This document shows, piece by piece, positions 39,901 to 55,300 of a DNA stretch of 64,000 bases. The notes beneath the pieces were generated by a model. That model made no database searches, had not been told where the DNA came from, and saw nothing but the letters and a program-made list of their open reading frames with translations. The stretch covers positions 1,984,001 to 2,048,000 of the forward strand of contig NC_135257.1 in the NCBI RefSeq assembly GCF_964204865.1, given 5' to 3'. Every line of letters starts with the position of its first letter. Position 1 is the stretch's first letter. Origin of the DNA: Styela clava (taxonomy: Eukaryota). Position numbers and translations under genes: made by a program.

Positions 39901-42900
39901 TAATCTCAAAGTTGTGAAAAAATATACTTTTCATATGAGTTAAATAAGTCGCATGTTTTAGATTCTCAAGACTGGAGATATCTTGGTTGGATCAGGGGAT
40001 GGCACTGTTGCATTGGTCAAAGGAACTGGAGAAAAATATAATAAATTAAAAAGTTGCAAAGTGGAAGGATCTGTGACATCAATTGCATTGAGAGGAGAAG
40101 GACATCAAATATTTGCTGGGACTGACAAGTCACAGATATATAAGTATGATATTGAATTTATTATTAAAAGCCATTTATTTATTTAATATTTGTATAGAAT
40201 GAAACATACTACTAAAAAGAATTTGATGTCTGTCCTATTAAACGTTCTTTAAGCTGGTATATAAGGATTTAGGATATTCACATAACTTACCGGTAGTTCG
40301 AACATAAATTGAAATTGGCTAATTAAATAAATTAAATAGAGTTTATGAGAGAGGATGAAACAATCAAAAAGAAGTTTGAAAGTAAATGATCAAGTTACCA
40401 CTAAACTATTTAACATGGGTATTATAATCTATACTATACCTAAGTCTTAACATTTACTATCCTCAAACCTACTGGGAAAATCTAAAAATATACGTTTTCA
40501 AAATATTGTGATTTGTCGACTTTTGAACCTAGATCAATCCATTTTTTGACTAAAACCCTATTTCATCTCCCCAAGAGGTGAAAAATTGGGTTGGCTATTT
40601 GGTGATGCCAAAATAATTAAAGTCTGTTTCTTTCATCATCTATATATAATACCTTTATTTCAATGATTATATTTTTTTTTCTATAGGTTAAACTTCACTG
40701 ACTTCGAACCTGATCTACAAAGCACATCACATTATAATACAGTGAACGATGTTGCCTTTGCAGAAGGATGTTCCGAGTTGTTTGCAACTTGCTCAAAGAA
40801 TGATATTCGAATCTGGCACACACCAACATCTCGTGAACTTCTAAGAATCACAGTTCCCAACATGGAATGCAGTGCTGTGGAATTCATGAAGGTAAATCTT
40901 ACAATGCTATATCTGAAATTCTTAACCTTCTTAAATTGCATCAAGTTTGTTGGAAGCATGTGCATTTCAATGCATCCTTGCACTCTAGTATTTATGTTTC
41001 AATAAAGTCGTAAATTGATTTTTTTAAAATTTATTTTAATATTTCATGTTTATTTAAAATGAAGGGAAGCCATTGCAGCGGAAAAATGAATTAAAAGAAA
41101 CATCTTGAAAAAGTAATCTCTAAACCCTGCTTTGCGATAATTTCAATGGCACCACAAAATATCGGCCCAGTTCCTAAAATTACTTATTATGTGATCGTGT
41201 TGATAACTTGACATAAAATGATTATGTGTGTGTAAAGTTACTGTTGAGATAGAGGCATGAATGGCTATATTATCAGCTATGGTTTAAAAAGTTTGGGGAA
41301 GCTATGGTTTAATCAAATGGTAAATAAATATGTGGTGTTTTACAGAATGGTACATCTATTTTATCTGCTTGGGACGATGGAAAAATCAGATGCTTCACAC
41401 CTGAGACTGGGAAACAAAAGTAAACTTTATAGCAATTTACAGTGTAAAAAAAATATGTTATATCTATTTATATATTTTTAACACAATATATTAATTATAC
41501 TGGTATAGGGTAATATATACTAATACGCGTTCCACTACCTATTAAAATCTTAATCTGAGACCTGGTAGTAGGAAGTTTCTTGATAACAACATTTACAAAA
41601 ATATTTCACACTCGTGCTTATGTCCACCACTATTGCTATAAAAACTATTCACATATTGTTATATTGAAATAGATTTGTCATCAACAATGCTCACAATTTG
41701 GGCGTGACTGCAATCGCAACAACTTCTGACTGTGAGAAAATAGTTTCTGGAGGTGGAGAAGGACAGGTAATACTATTCCATTTTTCACTCAGTTACTTTT
41801 TAATTTTGTTATTTACTTTCAATGAATTACCGTATACCCGCTGCATCACAATGTTATGACTTATGCAAAATTTAATGATACAAAAAGGTTTTTCTCACTA
41901 TTATTATAATTTAAATATTATATTGTCAAATTGTTATTCAACTCTTTGAATGAGAATAACCTCAGCAAAAAACACTCTCGAGTTTCCTACCATTATTAAT
42001 GCTGCACCAATGTAGAACAGATTTAATTGGGGATTGTTGGGGCTGCAGGCCCTAATCTAACCTAAGACATTTTTTTTTAAATAAGATCTTGCTATATGTG
42101 AATCTGCAATATCAACCGTTCACGCATAACTCAATTTATAATCAGGTTATTCTGCTATTCATGTAATGCTTGCAATTTCAAATCAACAAACGTCAAAACT
42201 ATCAGTAATTCTCCAAATTATGTTTTAGGTACGTGTATGGAATGTTGCTGGTACGTTTATGGGAGCAATGAAAGAACACAAGTCGTCCATTGCTGCTATC
42301 AAGGTATGAGTAGATTAAATGAAGCTTCAAAAGTTTTAGAATAGTATTTTTTAGCTAAAAAGCAGAAAGTGTGGCTAATGGTTTGGAGTCTGATGTGAAT
42401 TTTCCCTGACTTCAGAGCTTTGGCTAAGGAGAAACACTGATAAGATAGCTCAATAATAACCAGGGCTGTTAGCTTTGTGATCTTTATTTGTATACATGAT
42501 AAAAGCTGTATACATGGTAAAAGCTTCTTTCTATTTTAAAGGAATTAATGACCATTTGTTTATCATGACAAATAACATTTACTATTTATCAGGAGATGGT
42601 GGATTGCCATCAATATTAGAATAGTTCAAAACACGCTTTGTGATGTTTTTTAAAATATTTAAATAGATTTATTTTCCAGCAGTATAAATGTCATATTTAT
42701 ACAGGTTATAATTTTCCTGCCAGATCAAAAAATTTAACAAATACAATCACCTCTCGAATGTCATTTTCTTTCAGTTTTAGATTTTATAAATCAGATTATT
42801 TTGAACATTTATCCAGTTGCTGTATTGGTCGGATAGATTTTTGGAATTAATTTAAGAAAACGTTAAATTTTTGAAACTTTATTTATTTCATGTCATATTT

Positions 42901-44398
42901 TCCAGATCCAGAAAAACAATGCAGTTTGTGTTACTGCATCATCAGATGGAACATGCATCATTTGGGATTTAGTTAGATATACTCGTAAACAGATGGTTAT
43001 GGCCAACACATTGTTCAAATGTGTATGTTATCATCCTAAAGAATTCCAGGTGAGAAAATCATGAGTTGGCTTGGAGTTGAGTCATTGAGTCGGAAATTAT
43101 AGGGGATTGCTCTAAGTACGGTAAGGGGAAGCTATCTAGATGTATGGACTTGAATGGCGGAGGTGCGATATAAAGAAGTCCTTGCCTATATTCATGCCCC
43201 ATGTGATTTGAGCCTGCAAACCTGACCAAGTGAATATTGATGCAAAGGCAAGATAATTTTTAAAGCATAATAAGCCAAATCACAAATTTGGTGATAAAAA
43301 TGGGGTTATATTCCATTTATACACACGATGGTAAACATAAGGAGTGTAAGATTTAAAAATCATAATACATAAGCTAATGAAATTAGACCAGTATTCTTTT
43401 CATAGGTAAATAATTTTTTTATTATTTATTATTTTTATTATTATTTAAAGATTATTACAGCGGGATCAGATCGTAAGATGGCATACTGGGAAACTTATGA
43501 TGGGTCTCAGATCCGTGAGGTTGATGGTTCATTGTCAGGAGATATTAATGGAATGGATGTCTCACCAGATGGAAAAACTGTGGTCACTGGAGGAAATGAT
43601 AAGCTTGTCAAGGTGCGTCAGTTGTAGAAATAATTATTTACAACTTCAGATGATACCCAATCAAACACATATCGGAGTTTCTGAAATTTAATTTTTAATG
43701 AGTAATTTGAAACTGGTATAAAAATTCGAGATGTCATAATATTTAAATAGAAATGAATTGTGAAGACATCTAGAATAACACGCAATTTAATTATCTTTAC
43801 TGCAATATTGTGAACAAAGTCATTTCAAGTTTATTAAAAAACTGTGCCAGAATCGTAGTTTGATTCTATAAAACTTGCACTTATGGAGATTTTTATCAGA
43901 GTTAGAGCAATTCATACTATATTAGAACAAAGTCAAATAGACTACCTCGAATACACTCATAAATAAAATTTATTACATCTTAAATTGCATTGTGTTCAAC
44001 TAAGAACGCTTAGAAGTCAATCAGTTTATATTGACTGAGTTTCAACTCAGAAATGTAAAAAAAGTTAATATAAACAGTAATTAGGTTGGTTTTCAAAAAT
44101 CGAATAAAAATCTTTTTAATAGCATTGAATAATTATGATTGAATTTTACGGAATAACAGGTACGAGATTGTTAAACTTGGTTTTGGTATTTCCCAGGTAG
44201 TTATTATATCCATTGTTTTAATTCAACCACTACTCTTCTCCTATTTAGGTGTGGGGCTATGATGATGCAGAGGTTCGTTTTGTTGGAGTTGGACACAGTG
44301 AAATAACTAAACTAAAAATATGTCCGAACGAGAGATATATTGTCACAGCTAACTATGATGGATCAATCTTGGTGTGGAGATATCCTTGTGATCTTTAG
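36926..44398 (+). CDS. CFAP52: Cilia- and flagella-associated protein 52 (WD40 repeat protein WDR16)
   Basis: 13 frame-consistent exons: 36926-37023, 37495-37636, 38175-38366, 38659-38853, 39402-39536, 39962-40143, 40687-40891, 41346-41419, 41673-41766, 42229-42303, 42906-43049, 43451-43612, 44249-44398 (1848 nt, 615 aa). Diagnostic peptides: LELVSTIGFNGHV, HLIYPLGSTIVI, SGQVTHMGFKA, LRVWELDLANRKIRP, GQLKRIVKC, FYCGTTSGDI, ELLRITVPN, GSDRKMAYWETYDG. Confidence 0.96.
39133..39230. mobile_element. 98-bp MITE with 8-bp TSD
   Basis: TSD TAAAAATG at 39125-39132 and 39231-39238. TIRs are GGTACTCCTGAAGTATG / CATACTTCAGGAGGTCC, with an internal inverted ACAACCTGAAC/GTTCAGGTTGT and AACCCTAACC. Confidence 0.8.
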
Positions 44399-46388
44399 TT
44401 TATTATCATCTACAATGAAGTTTTGAACATGTAAGCAATGTCTCGCGAAATCTATTTTGTTAATATAAAGTCAGTTTGAATTTTATTGAACTATTCAAAA
44501 AAACGCACTACACATTTTGTGATGCACTTACATGTTCAAAACCAACTCAACACTGTATTTATTGTAAATATGATATGATTTTGTAACAAATATAGCAAAC
44601 GTTCCACAGACTAAGTTTTATATTCAGAATTATAAAAACCCCGGGTAGAGCAAAACGTTTTGGAGAAACACAGTTCTACATTAGAGATATATTAGGTCTA
44701 AATATTCTTAATATGAACTTGTCGTCAAACAATCGATAGCTAAATAGGTGCTAGTTATGTGGTTGTACTAAACCAGATGAACCCAATTCAAAAAATAATA
44801 TCAATTATGCTTGGCCTCCAACCTTCAAACTCTTTCTGGTTACAAGCTGTGATTAGATTACAGATATTATGTTACTACTTATTGCTCTCGAAATATTCTG
44901 CGTATTCGGTTGCCATTAGCCTCATCAGTTAAGACAAAACAATTATGATGCCAAAGGTTTTGGTTAGGAGAAATTCACCTCTTATGTATATTCCTATGGT
45001 TTTGAATTAAAACTGCTTCAAACATTGTGCTAAATCGGTATAAACTGGCACCCAATATATCTATATAGCTTCAGTAGACTTAACTGGACATGTGATGAGT
45101 CTGAAGACGGACTACACCTTTTCACGCTACTAACGTGAATGAAAACCTGGAACGTTCAGTAGGACAGCAAGCTGATGAATGCAAGATTGATTCTTGCTCC
45201 AGAACTGAATGCACAACTCCTCATTCTCCACTACATATCAAAATGGGGAACCCTGAAAAACTATGAATGGCTTCTGTTCGCAGCAAACAAACTGTCAGTG
45301 TGCAATTTCACTTGGTTTAATTCCGACAAAACATGAACCATCTTATATAACAAATCAAAAAAATAGTCAATTTTAATAAACTTTTCAACAGTAATTGATA
45401 AAAAAATTCAATTCACCAAAAATCATTCAACGGGGAAAACACTAATTAAATACATCAATGACCAGAAACAAGAAAAAGACAGTTGTATCAGAATAACAAT
45501 TTTTGATCACTCAGCATCACAGATTAAATCTGTCTGTCTTTCACACAAGGTGTGAAAAACAGCAAGGCGATGATCAACCAAAACTGCATTTAGATGTTAT
45601 GATTGGTTTATGAAAGGATACCGATTGCAAGTAAAAGTCAAGCATTTTCTCTGAAGCCTTGAAGATAGGAATAAAATAATCATTATATCATTCTGAATAC
45701 ATTATGCAAGAAACATCAAGATCAAAAATTAAGGTTAAGCGAATACAGCATACATAGTTGAATTAAATGTATAAATACATGGAGATATGATGTATCGGGG
45801 ATCAAAGTTATGTAAGAAAATTCATTCATTCAGTCGTAGGTTACAAACGATGAATGGTACCCACATGTTCATCACTCATTGTGTATTGGTAAATCATTCT
45901 CAGTAGTTCACTCCTATTAAATATTGTAAATTGATGAACAACCAACCAAATTAAACTTTATGTAGGCTTAGCATGCCATAAATCATTATTTTGCTTCAAT
46001 AATTGCAACTTGAAAAATCCCTTACTCGAGCATAGATTTCATTGAATTCATCCAACACTCAGCTTTATTATTGCTCATTCAATTGAGTGTAGGTAAGGAA
46101 CATAATTTCACTACATATTACCACTTATGGACGTCACAGGTTCAAATCTACAAGCAGAAACATTATAGAACTTTTCGGTATTGCAGGGTTAATTATGTTC
46201 CACTGGTACCTGAGCACACCCGCAAATAACAGGAACAATGAACGAGATATCTATTTCTTATCAAAGCGACATAGAGGTTTATGATTTAGGCAGTCTTATC
46301 CATCTTTCATAAAAAAATAATATGGAACTTTAAGACAGGTTTAAGTTATTGAAGAACGGTTGGGTGTCATTACTTAGCGGAAGATTAT

Positions 46389-49300
46389 TTAAAATGGTAT
46401 CAAATATTTTTCCATTGGAAGAAGGCAATTCTCGCTGACACAATCTGAAATAAAAAAATGAAAACCTATTACTCACAGTGAAGTCATAAATAAAACAAAT
46501 GGTGGAGGTTTTTAACTGAGAAGAAACTTCATTTTAAGTATGTTTAGAAGCTCGTGCAGTCTGTAATTACTGAAAGGTGAAATAGTACAATGATAGGGGC
46601 ATATATCCAGGGCTAAGTAAAACGACTTTCAAGTCATTGAGTAACTTTAGAGACTATAAATTCTATTAGAATAATTTTATAATTCACCAACCTAAAACCC
46701 ACGTCTCATTGACTACAGGAATATCCTTGACAGTTCTTCCTGGGTTACCAACGCAGACAGAAGCACGACGTGAACTCCCAACAATACGTCCACCACATAA
46801 TGAAACCAACTCTCGTAAATCATCCTGAAATGTTAATTTAAGTCATGAAAGTATGCTTAGAAAGTGCATAGCCTATTTAAACTTACTGTACTTGAGAACG
46901 GAATTTTCTCCATGCATGAAATCAAGTATTCACAAATTATATCGGAAGATAACTACCCCATATAGCACTAATATTATATATGAATACAGTAGTGACAATA
47001 ACTAGAATTCAATGTGTTTAGCTTTGTATGCAACTGGTTGACAGAAAGTATCTTATGTAGGTGTTAAAAAAGTAGCATATTTGTGCTGTCATTAAATTCC
47101 ACTGAAATGCTATTTTGAACATCATTAACAGCCCAGAACAATAAAAACTCACTACAGACAACTGCAGAAAAAAGTGAATTGCATTAGTGGTTCTCCAGTG
47201 AACGACTAATGTAACCCCAAGTTTAGATTCCTGCAATGTTCCTTCAAAAAAGATTACCGTAAATCACTTTCATAGAATCGATAGACTTGCCTGTGATGGC
47301 TTTGTATCATCAGAAATATAAATATGGCCATCGAATTTTGCAAAAAGATTGTTTTCCCATATAGAATTTCTTGAACGACATTTTCTGTTTTTTCGAGCAG
47401 CTGGAAATATGCTATATATTTCATAAGATTCTTCTTCTAACCAAAATCCAGCCGAGATTGAGTCTGTCACCTTCAGGAAATGAAGAATAAATTGTTATTT
47501 AGAACAACAATAATAAAATGAGAATTGATTAAAAAAACAATACAATTCATGGAAATTGATAGGACATGTCAGTAAAATATGGTTTATATCCTACGAACAA
47601 AAAATTTGCAGCAATTTGAATAAGTGGATGTCTGTTTCTGATTTCTTTTGCAACCACAATGTTTAGGTTAAATCCTTGTTTTTTATAGGGTGCAATAAGC
47701 ATTTTTTTTACAGTTTTTCAAGATTAAGCCTAATTTTAGTTCCTGCACAGCAGGCATAGCACCATCATATGGATTGTGATTACAGTTTATGCCAATGGTT
47801 GTCAATCTAATGGAATCCATATCCATTACATATTTGAAACTATCGTATCACTGAATTGGCATCAATTTCCATTGAATGACAAATATAAAGAGAATTTTTA
47901 AATAAAAAAAGAGCAATACACAAAAATACATGCACAAGATACAAGCTGAAAAGTTTATGGTGAATCTAATAATTATTACAGAAAGATAATAATAATCTCA
48001 CCCAATTCTTAGATAAAAGCCAAAGCCCTTTAGCTATTGCCCTTAGCACATTCATAGTACGTCTTGCTGCTCCACAAACAACATGAGTGGTTTGATCTCT
48101 AACAATCGATGTTATACGAAAACCAGATAAAGTTCTAACAGCTTTATGAAGTTCAAATCTTTCTCTGAAAACATGAAAATAGAACTTGAAACCCAATATA
48201 GCTCTCATTGTATTTGTCCAGCAGTCATCTTATATATGATCGGCATATGCTGAAATGTAACATGTATTTAGAAATGGCGAATAGTGATGTAAGAATCAAA
48301 ATTATTACAATAATATTATTTCTTGTAGCGTCTTTTTCTTAATAATCAATAATAAATACATCATTTGACAACTAAAAACTGAATCCAGTCCCATGGTTAA
48401 TTCATAGTATTGGACCAATAAAATTGATTCTACTGCAAAAGTTATTGAGTAAGTATGCCAAACTAGATACTGATTTTTCATAAAAATCTATAAAAACTCA
48501 CCCAGAATGAAAATTGGTTAGAACAATGACAGATTTTCTGATATTTTTCTTTTTTGTGTAACTTGAAGCAAACTGTGTTGGATCTCCTAATATTGGTGTT
48601 GTGAAATCCATTGTGCTTCTTCGTCTTGTAAAGCTCTCACAAACTGAATGAAATAAATTTGCCTACTGAAATTTGAACACAGAGTAAACCAAGATGATAA
48701 TACCACGGTGGGCCTGGGGATTTTACAAATGCACCTGGAGTTTCATTGGACTCACAGCCCCACACTCCAGGAAAAATATATGCCTGAAATTGAAACAAGG
48801 TTTGGAATTTCAAATTGACAAGAATTAGTTGGGTCATCAGGGGTTGGGAAGGGGGGTTTCAACGATCGCCTATGCATCGACTTACGATAAAATGAAAGCA
48901 CTACTACTATAAAAACTACGACAATCTGCGGACATAAAATATATGGTGAACTGCCCGATTATAAATAGATTCGGATTTTTGCAATATTGGGATTTTTCAA
49001 AATTGAGCTGTCCTAGAAACACTGACTGCCACTTATTCCTACAATATCAAAGTTAGAGAAAACCCAAGGTCGGCGTGACAATCCCAAAGACTACCATTCA
49101 CAATTACGCAAAGTAGTCAATCCAGGGTCGATACGAGCATATTTGAAATGTCATTCATTATTATTTTAATTGTGTGCACATGTGATTGTGTCGATTTGGA
49201 GCAATATATTTACATTACTACTCAAAAACACCACGGCAATCCGCGGACATAAAAATGTGATAGTAGTGATTATATCTTGTATCGTGAAAAAGTCGTGTAT

Positions 49301-52300
49301 TTGCTCATGTAAGATAGGATAGACTAAATAACACGTATGCTGACCAAAACAATCGTCAATTTTAACAAAATGCAATCGCATGCGTTATCAGCGACTTTTT
49401 CAGTATTCAAAAAGGAGGGTTCTCGACCCTGAAAATCCCCCTGGATCAGAATTCCGAATATCATCATGAACAGTGATGCCTACATGAAACCTCAACAAGG
49501 TTACTTGCTAAAGCCATTACCAATAGCATAATAACATGATAAAATGGGAATATACAAAGAGAATAACAAAAGTGGGTGAAATAAAACATATTGCATACTT
49601 GCTTTTGCTGCTTGAGAAGAAAATATATTTTTATTTGGTTGTGTTCTGGAAATCTTCCTTTGTGATCTCGGAGATGATGATTGACAAGAATTTTCTATAG
49701 AAAAAAAGCAATATTCGAATCGATTATAAAAAGCAACGGACAACAGAAATATCATGAATTACCGAGCAGGATTAAAAAAACAAATAACAGGCATGAATTT
49801 AAAATGGACTAAGAAATCGCTGGGCCAATTATATATATAATTTGTCACAGCAGTTTCTCAAGATGATATGTCTCTTCATAACATAAATCAAGAGCATGGA
49901 CTCAAACTCTGTCAGACTGTCACTTTAAAAAATTAATAATAAGAACCTGAAACTCTTCTTCTTCTTTTCCTTGATGGTTCCGTAGTAGAGTGACTTATGA
50001 AAGAATCTAAAGAAAATATACATATGAAGCTATAAAATGCATGTAGGTAAAATTTTACAGTTTAAGAAATTCTATATGGTTCTAGAGTCTTACTGCACAG
50101 TGCACACTAACATATATGGGCTATGGCCAGACGATATGTTACAGAAATACTGTTTTAGTGGGCAGCAGGACTTTTAAATTACATGACATGGTGATGTTTA
50201 TTACTGCTACAGCATCCTTGCATTTTACTCCACTTATATATAACAACACAAAGATATAGAGCAAGGAAGGTAATTAGTCTTACTTATCAACTGATAGTGC
50301 AAGAAATTAAGATGTAAAATAATCATGTTCTGCTTTATATCCAATTTTCAATATATATTTGGAAGAACCACAGCAATCAATAGATTTCAACATCTGCAGG
50401 CACACACAAACCTTCTACAATGATGGCACAATACCACATGTTGTGATAACCCATCAGTTGGAGATTAAGACTTTGTGTTGGCATCACAGATTGCCAGTCT
50501 CAGGTTCGAATCCCCCCACCTCACGTGAGGCGTAATAAATCAGGTATGCAATGTCAAAACAGAAAGTCTGTCTTTCCAAATAATAGAAGCACATATTGTG
50601 AGATATCAGTGGGCGGATACGATGTTCAGAAGAAAGATGTGAATAAATGTTGCATAAAAAAACGTCACCATACTATACACTCACCAACAGACGTTGAATT
50701 TCTTTTCTCTCTCATTTTAATTCTATCATACAAAGATAATTGTTGATTTATTAGAGGGATTTCATTGTTGTCACACAATGCATGTTGTTTATCCTTATTT
50801 TTATTGTTGGCTTCATCCTCATCCTCGAAATCAGTGCTTTGAGAATTATAGGCCAGCTGTTCTATGGCAGATTTTCTGGGAAAAGGGGAAAGCATATCAT
50901 TGCAACAGTCTACTGTTACATAAGTAGTCACAAATAATGTAATCGTATATCTCAGGGGTGGCACAATTTTTTAGTATAAGAGCCGCATGCTGCAAGTCAG
51001 AACTTTAAAAGAGCCGCAGAATTTGTGAATTTATCAATATTATCGAAATACTATGAACAGAAAAGAAATTCACACAAGAGTCTAATAACAATAAATAGAT
51101 AAACAAGGCAACTCTGACAACTCTGTTTTCATCTTCGATTCTTCGTACTTTCTTTTTTTTAAATTTTGGACACATCGCACAGTAACTTAGATCTTAGACT
51201 AACTAACCGCAATCAAGCTGCAATACCGCCGACGCATCAATAAACATTGACCATTGTGACGAAAGATTTGCTGACTCGACTGACTTAAATTCAACGCTAC
51301 AGCGATTTTCATACTAAAACATAATTTGTCCTAATTATTAACGAAAACTTCTTTACGACTTTTAATAAATTAAAAGAGTTTACATTAAAGTTTTTCTCTT
51401 AGTTAAAATTTGGATAATAATTTATGTTAGCGAGAAGCGCCGCACAAAAAGTCTGGCGAGCCGCATGAGGCTCGCGAGCCGCGGTGTGCCCACCCCTGGT
51501 ATATCTCATATTTATCAGATCTTACATAAGGTATTCAATCAATGCCAAATCGAAAATGTACAAGATTACAGACTTTTCAAGTGCGCGATTCGAATAGTTC
51601 GCATAGATTTCATCCCTTATTGTAGATATTTACGTAAAAAAATGTATTCTTGACAGTGAAGAGATGTTGAATATGGTTGGCTACTTACTCAGATACTACA
51701 GAGCATTCTGAAGGTGTGTTTGAACAAATTCTACCAAAAAATCTTCCAGATTCTGTCGCAGTTTTATATGCTGATAACCCCAGTTGCGGAAGTAGCATTG
51801 ATGTTCCATTTCTGCTCACTAAATTGCATAATAAATAAGCTCAAAAGAGAACAAAAACAGTGTAATTTATAGTCTTTTCCTGTCATGAATCTCAATTCTC
51901 AATCATCTCATGCTTGATTTCTTAAAAGCTGAACGAGTTTTTGGAAACTTAAATTATCAAATTAATTTTATTCAATGTGCATAAATGTATCACCAATATT
52001 CACTTTGCTTTTAGAGTAAAATATTCTTATAAAACCTATGAGTTTCTTAGTTATTTCTAAAGATAGGTAAGCCGATAAGCCAGTTTAAACACTATGGTGA
52101 AGACACTTATTGAAGTAGGTGGTGCAGGAAGATGTAACAAACCATAATGTCAAACAGCGCTACAGTTATCATGTAGCTTCAATTTACTACACAGAGAAAG
52201 TATATAATCGGAAGACAAATGAATATCCCTGCCTAACAGATTTCTAGCAAACATTGAGACAAAACAAACAACTTCACCTATATTTGTTGGTTCTTGCGTG

Positions 52301-55300
52301 CTTAATATGGATTTTGACTTCCTCGCAGATTCCTGGAAAAAGCAAGAGTTGTTATGTTCACTAACTCTCTATGTTGTTCCTAATATTGTTTTCTGTATGA
52401 TATCATTATTCTTTAAATATACAACTTACTTGAGGACTAAGGAGAATAGAAACCGGTTCAAGGCATTCATCGTCGTCAAGTAATTTTCTTTTTTTGCGTC
52501 TTGATGAAACTGTAGATCAAAGGTATTATTCACTTGGCATTGTTATTAAATTAATGCAATGTATGTAGAAAAGTAAACCACAAAGAATAAGCGCACTAGA
52601 GGAAAATATTTGGCTATTTTGAATATAATCACAGCACAGATTTCAGATTCACGGTGCGAGAAAGTCAACTCAGTTGCCGCAACCACACCACTGAGATCTC
52701 TGATCTACACTAACTCTTCACTAAATCCACTTTCCTTTTAAATTCAACAATTCATAAAACTATGCACATTCACATTTTAAAAAATATTGTAATAAAATTG
52801 ATATTTTCAAAAATATTGAGTTGTTATATGGTAACTCACCAAAAGGTTTAGCATAAATTTTTTGCTCTGTTGGAGTTACATCTGTAATAGTAGTAGCAGT
52901 TTCTATATTTGTAAGATTTGGTTCATCCTTATGTTTCGATGTTGAATCATGAATTGATTCGATTGAACTACCACTGACATGTAAATGCAGATCAGAAACA
53001 GAATCTTGTGATATTGTAAGCTGAGTTCTAGAGAGAAAAAAAATATATACATTATGAGAAATATTCAAAACTAGTCAATCATCTTATACCCAATAGCAAT
53101 AGTTCTGGTGTTTTTTCTGAAGCTAAATATTCTTGATTGTTCCTAATGATGGATTTAAAATTTTCAAATTTTGATTTTATTGATTCGTAAATTAGGGATA
53201 AGTAGGCTACTGCTATCGTATGTGGAGTTACGGGTATTTTGAAATACTATTCGGGAATAAAGTACAAAATATCACACGAAAAAAAAAACTTCACGGTGTG
53301 TTTCAAATTATTCAATACAGTTTATCACAAGATTGTTTGAAAACTGAAATTTTTGAAAATTTTAATAGGCCCAAAAACAAAATAACTACAAACCGCTTCA
53401 ATTGTTGCTGGTTTTCCAAAGATGACTTACTCAAGTCACCTGCAAAATAGAAAAAAACTATAATATGTCTGTATTGAGAATCCGGTGCATAAAATGAATA
53501 TCTCAAAACATAGCTAAAACACACATTTAATAAAAATGATGCATGACGATAAGAGGTTACTTTATCTTGGAAAAATTGGAATATTTCTGGTTCGGTATCG
53601 TGAAACGATGCTGCCGCCAATGAGATTTGAGTCTATGATGTAAAAAGTCTTTTAACCACTAGGCCATCAAGTCCAATAGGATAAACTGAACAATACTGAC
53701 CAATGACCATGTGTGTGAGGTTTGAGTTTATGATATAAAAAGTCTTTTAACCACTAGGCCAGCACATCCAAATTGATAAAATGAACAATACTGCCCATGT
53801 GTGTGTGTGTGTGAGGTTTGAGTTCATGATGTAGAAAGTCTTTTAACCACTAGGCCAGCACATCCAAATTGATAAAATGAACAATACTGCCCATGTGTGT
53901 GTGTGTGAGGTTTGAGTTTATGATGTAGAGTCTTTTAACCCCTAGGCCAGCTCGTCCAAATTAATAAAATGAACAATACTGCCCATGTGTGTGTGTGTGA
54001 GGTTTGAGTTTATGATGTAAAAAGTCTTTTAACCACTAGGCCAGCACATCCAAATTGAAAAAATGAACAGCACTGCCCATGTGTGTGAGGTTTGAGTTTA
54101 TGATGTAAAGTCTTTTAACCCCTAGGCCAGCTCGTCCAAATTAATAAAATGAACAATACTGCCCATGTGTGTGTGTGTGAGGTTTGAGTTTATGATGTAA
54201 AAAGTCTTTTAACCACTAGGCCAGCACATCCAAATTGAAAAAATGAACAATACTGCCCATGTGTGTGTGTGTGTGAGAGGTTTGAGTTTATGATGTAAAA
54301 AGTCCTTTAACCACTAGGCCAGCACATCCAAATTGAAAAAATGAACAGCACTGCCCATGTGTGTGAGGTTTGAGTTCATGATGTAGAAAGTCTTTTAACC
54401 ACTAGGCCAGCACATCCAAATTGATAAAATGAACAATACTGCCCATGTGTGTGTGTGTGAGGTTTGAGTTTATGATGTAAAGTCTTTTAACCCCTAGGCC
54501 AGCTCGTCCAAATTAATAAAATGAACAATACTGCCCATGTGTGTGTGTGTGAGGTTTGAGTTTATGATGTAAAAAATCTTTTAACCACTAGGCCAGCACA
54601 TCCAAATTGAAAAAATGAACAGCACTGCCCATGTGTGTGAGGTTTGAGTTCATGATGTAGAAAGTCTTTTAACCACTAGGCCAGCACATCCAAATTGATA
54701 AAATGAACAATACTGCCCATGTGTGTGTGTGTGAGGTTTGAGTTTATGATGTAAAGTCTTTTAACCCCTAGGCCAGCTCGTCCAAATTGATAAAATGAAC
54801 AATACTGCCCATGTGTGTGTGTGTGAGGTTTGAGTTTATGATGTAAAGTCTTTTAACCCCTAGGCCAGCTCGTCCAAATTAATAAAATGAACAATACTGC
54901 CCATGTGTGTGTGTGTGTGAGGTTTGAGTTTATGATGTAAAAAGTCTTTTAACCACTAGGCCAGCACATCCAAATTGAAAAAATGAACAATACTGCCCAT
55001 GTGTGTGTGTGTGTGAGAGGTTTGAGTTTATGATGTAAAAAGTCCTTTAACCACTAGGCCAGCACATCCAAATTGATAAAATGAGCAATACTGCCCATGT
55101 GTGTGTGTGTGTGAGAGGTTTGAGTTTATGATGTAAAAAGTCCTTTAACCACTAGGCCAGCACATCCAAATTGATAAAATGAACAATACTGCCCATGTGT
55201 GTGAGAGGTTTGAGTTTATGATGTAAAAAGTCCTTTAACCACTAGGCCAGCACATCCAAATTGAAAAAATGAACAATACTGCCCATGTGTGTGTGTGTGT

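Noticed and set aside
45085-45180. Hammerhead ribozyme or C/D snoRNA (GTGATGA-GTC-TGAA-GAC-GGAC ... CTGA)
   Set aside because: The hammerhead core deviates at essential positions (GTGATGA for CTGATGA, GGAC for GAAA). A snoRNA terminal stem would be only ~2 bp and no guide target was recognised.
51689-51818. Extra MCPH1 exon (AG/GT-bounded, open frame)
   Set aside because: At 130 nt it shifts the frame and creates a stop in the next exon, while the flanking exons join directly in phase 1. It could only be a poison exon, and there is no support for that.
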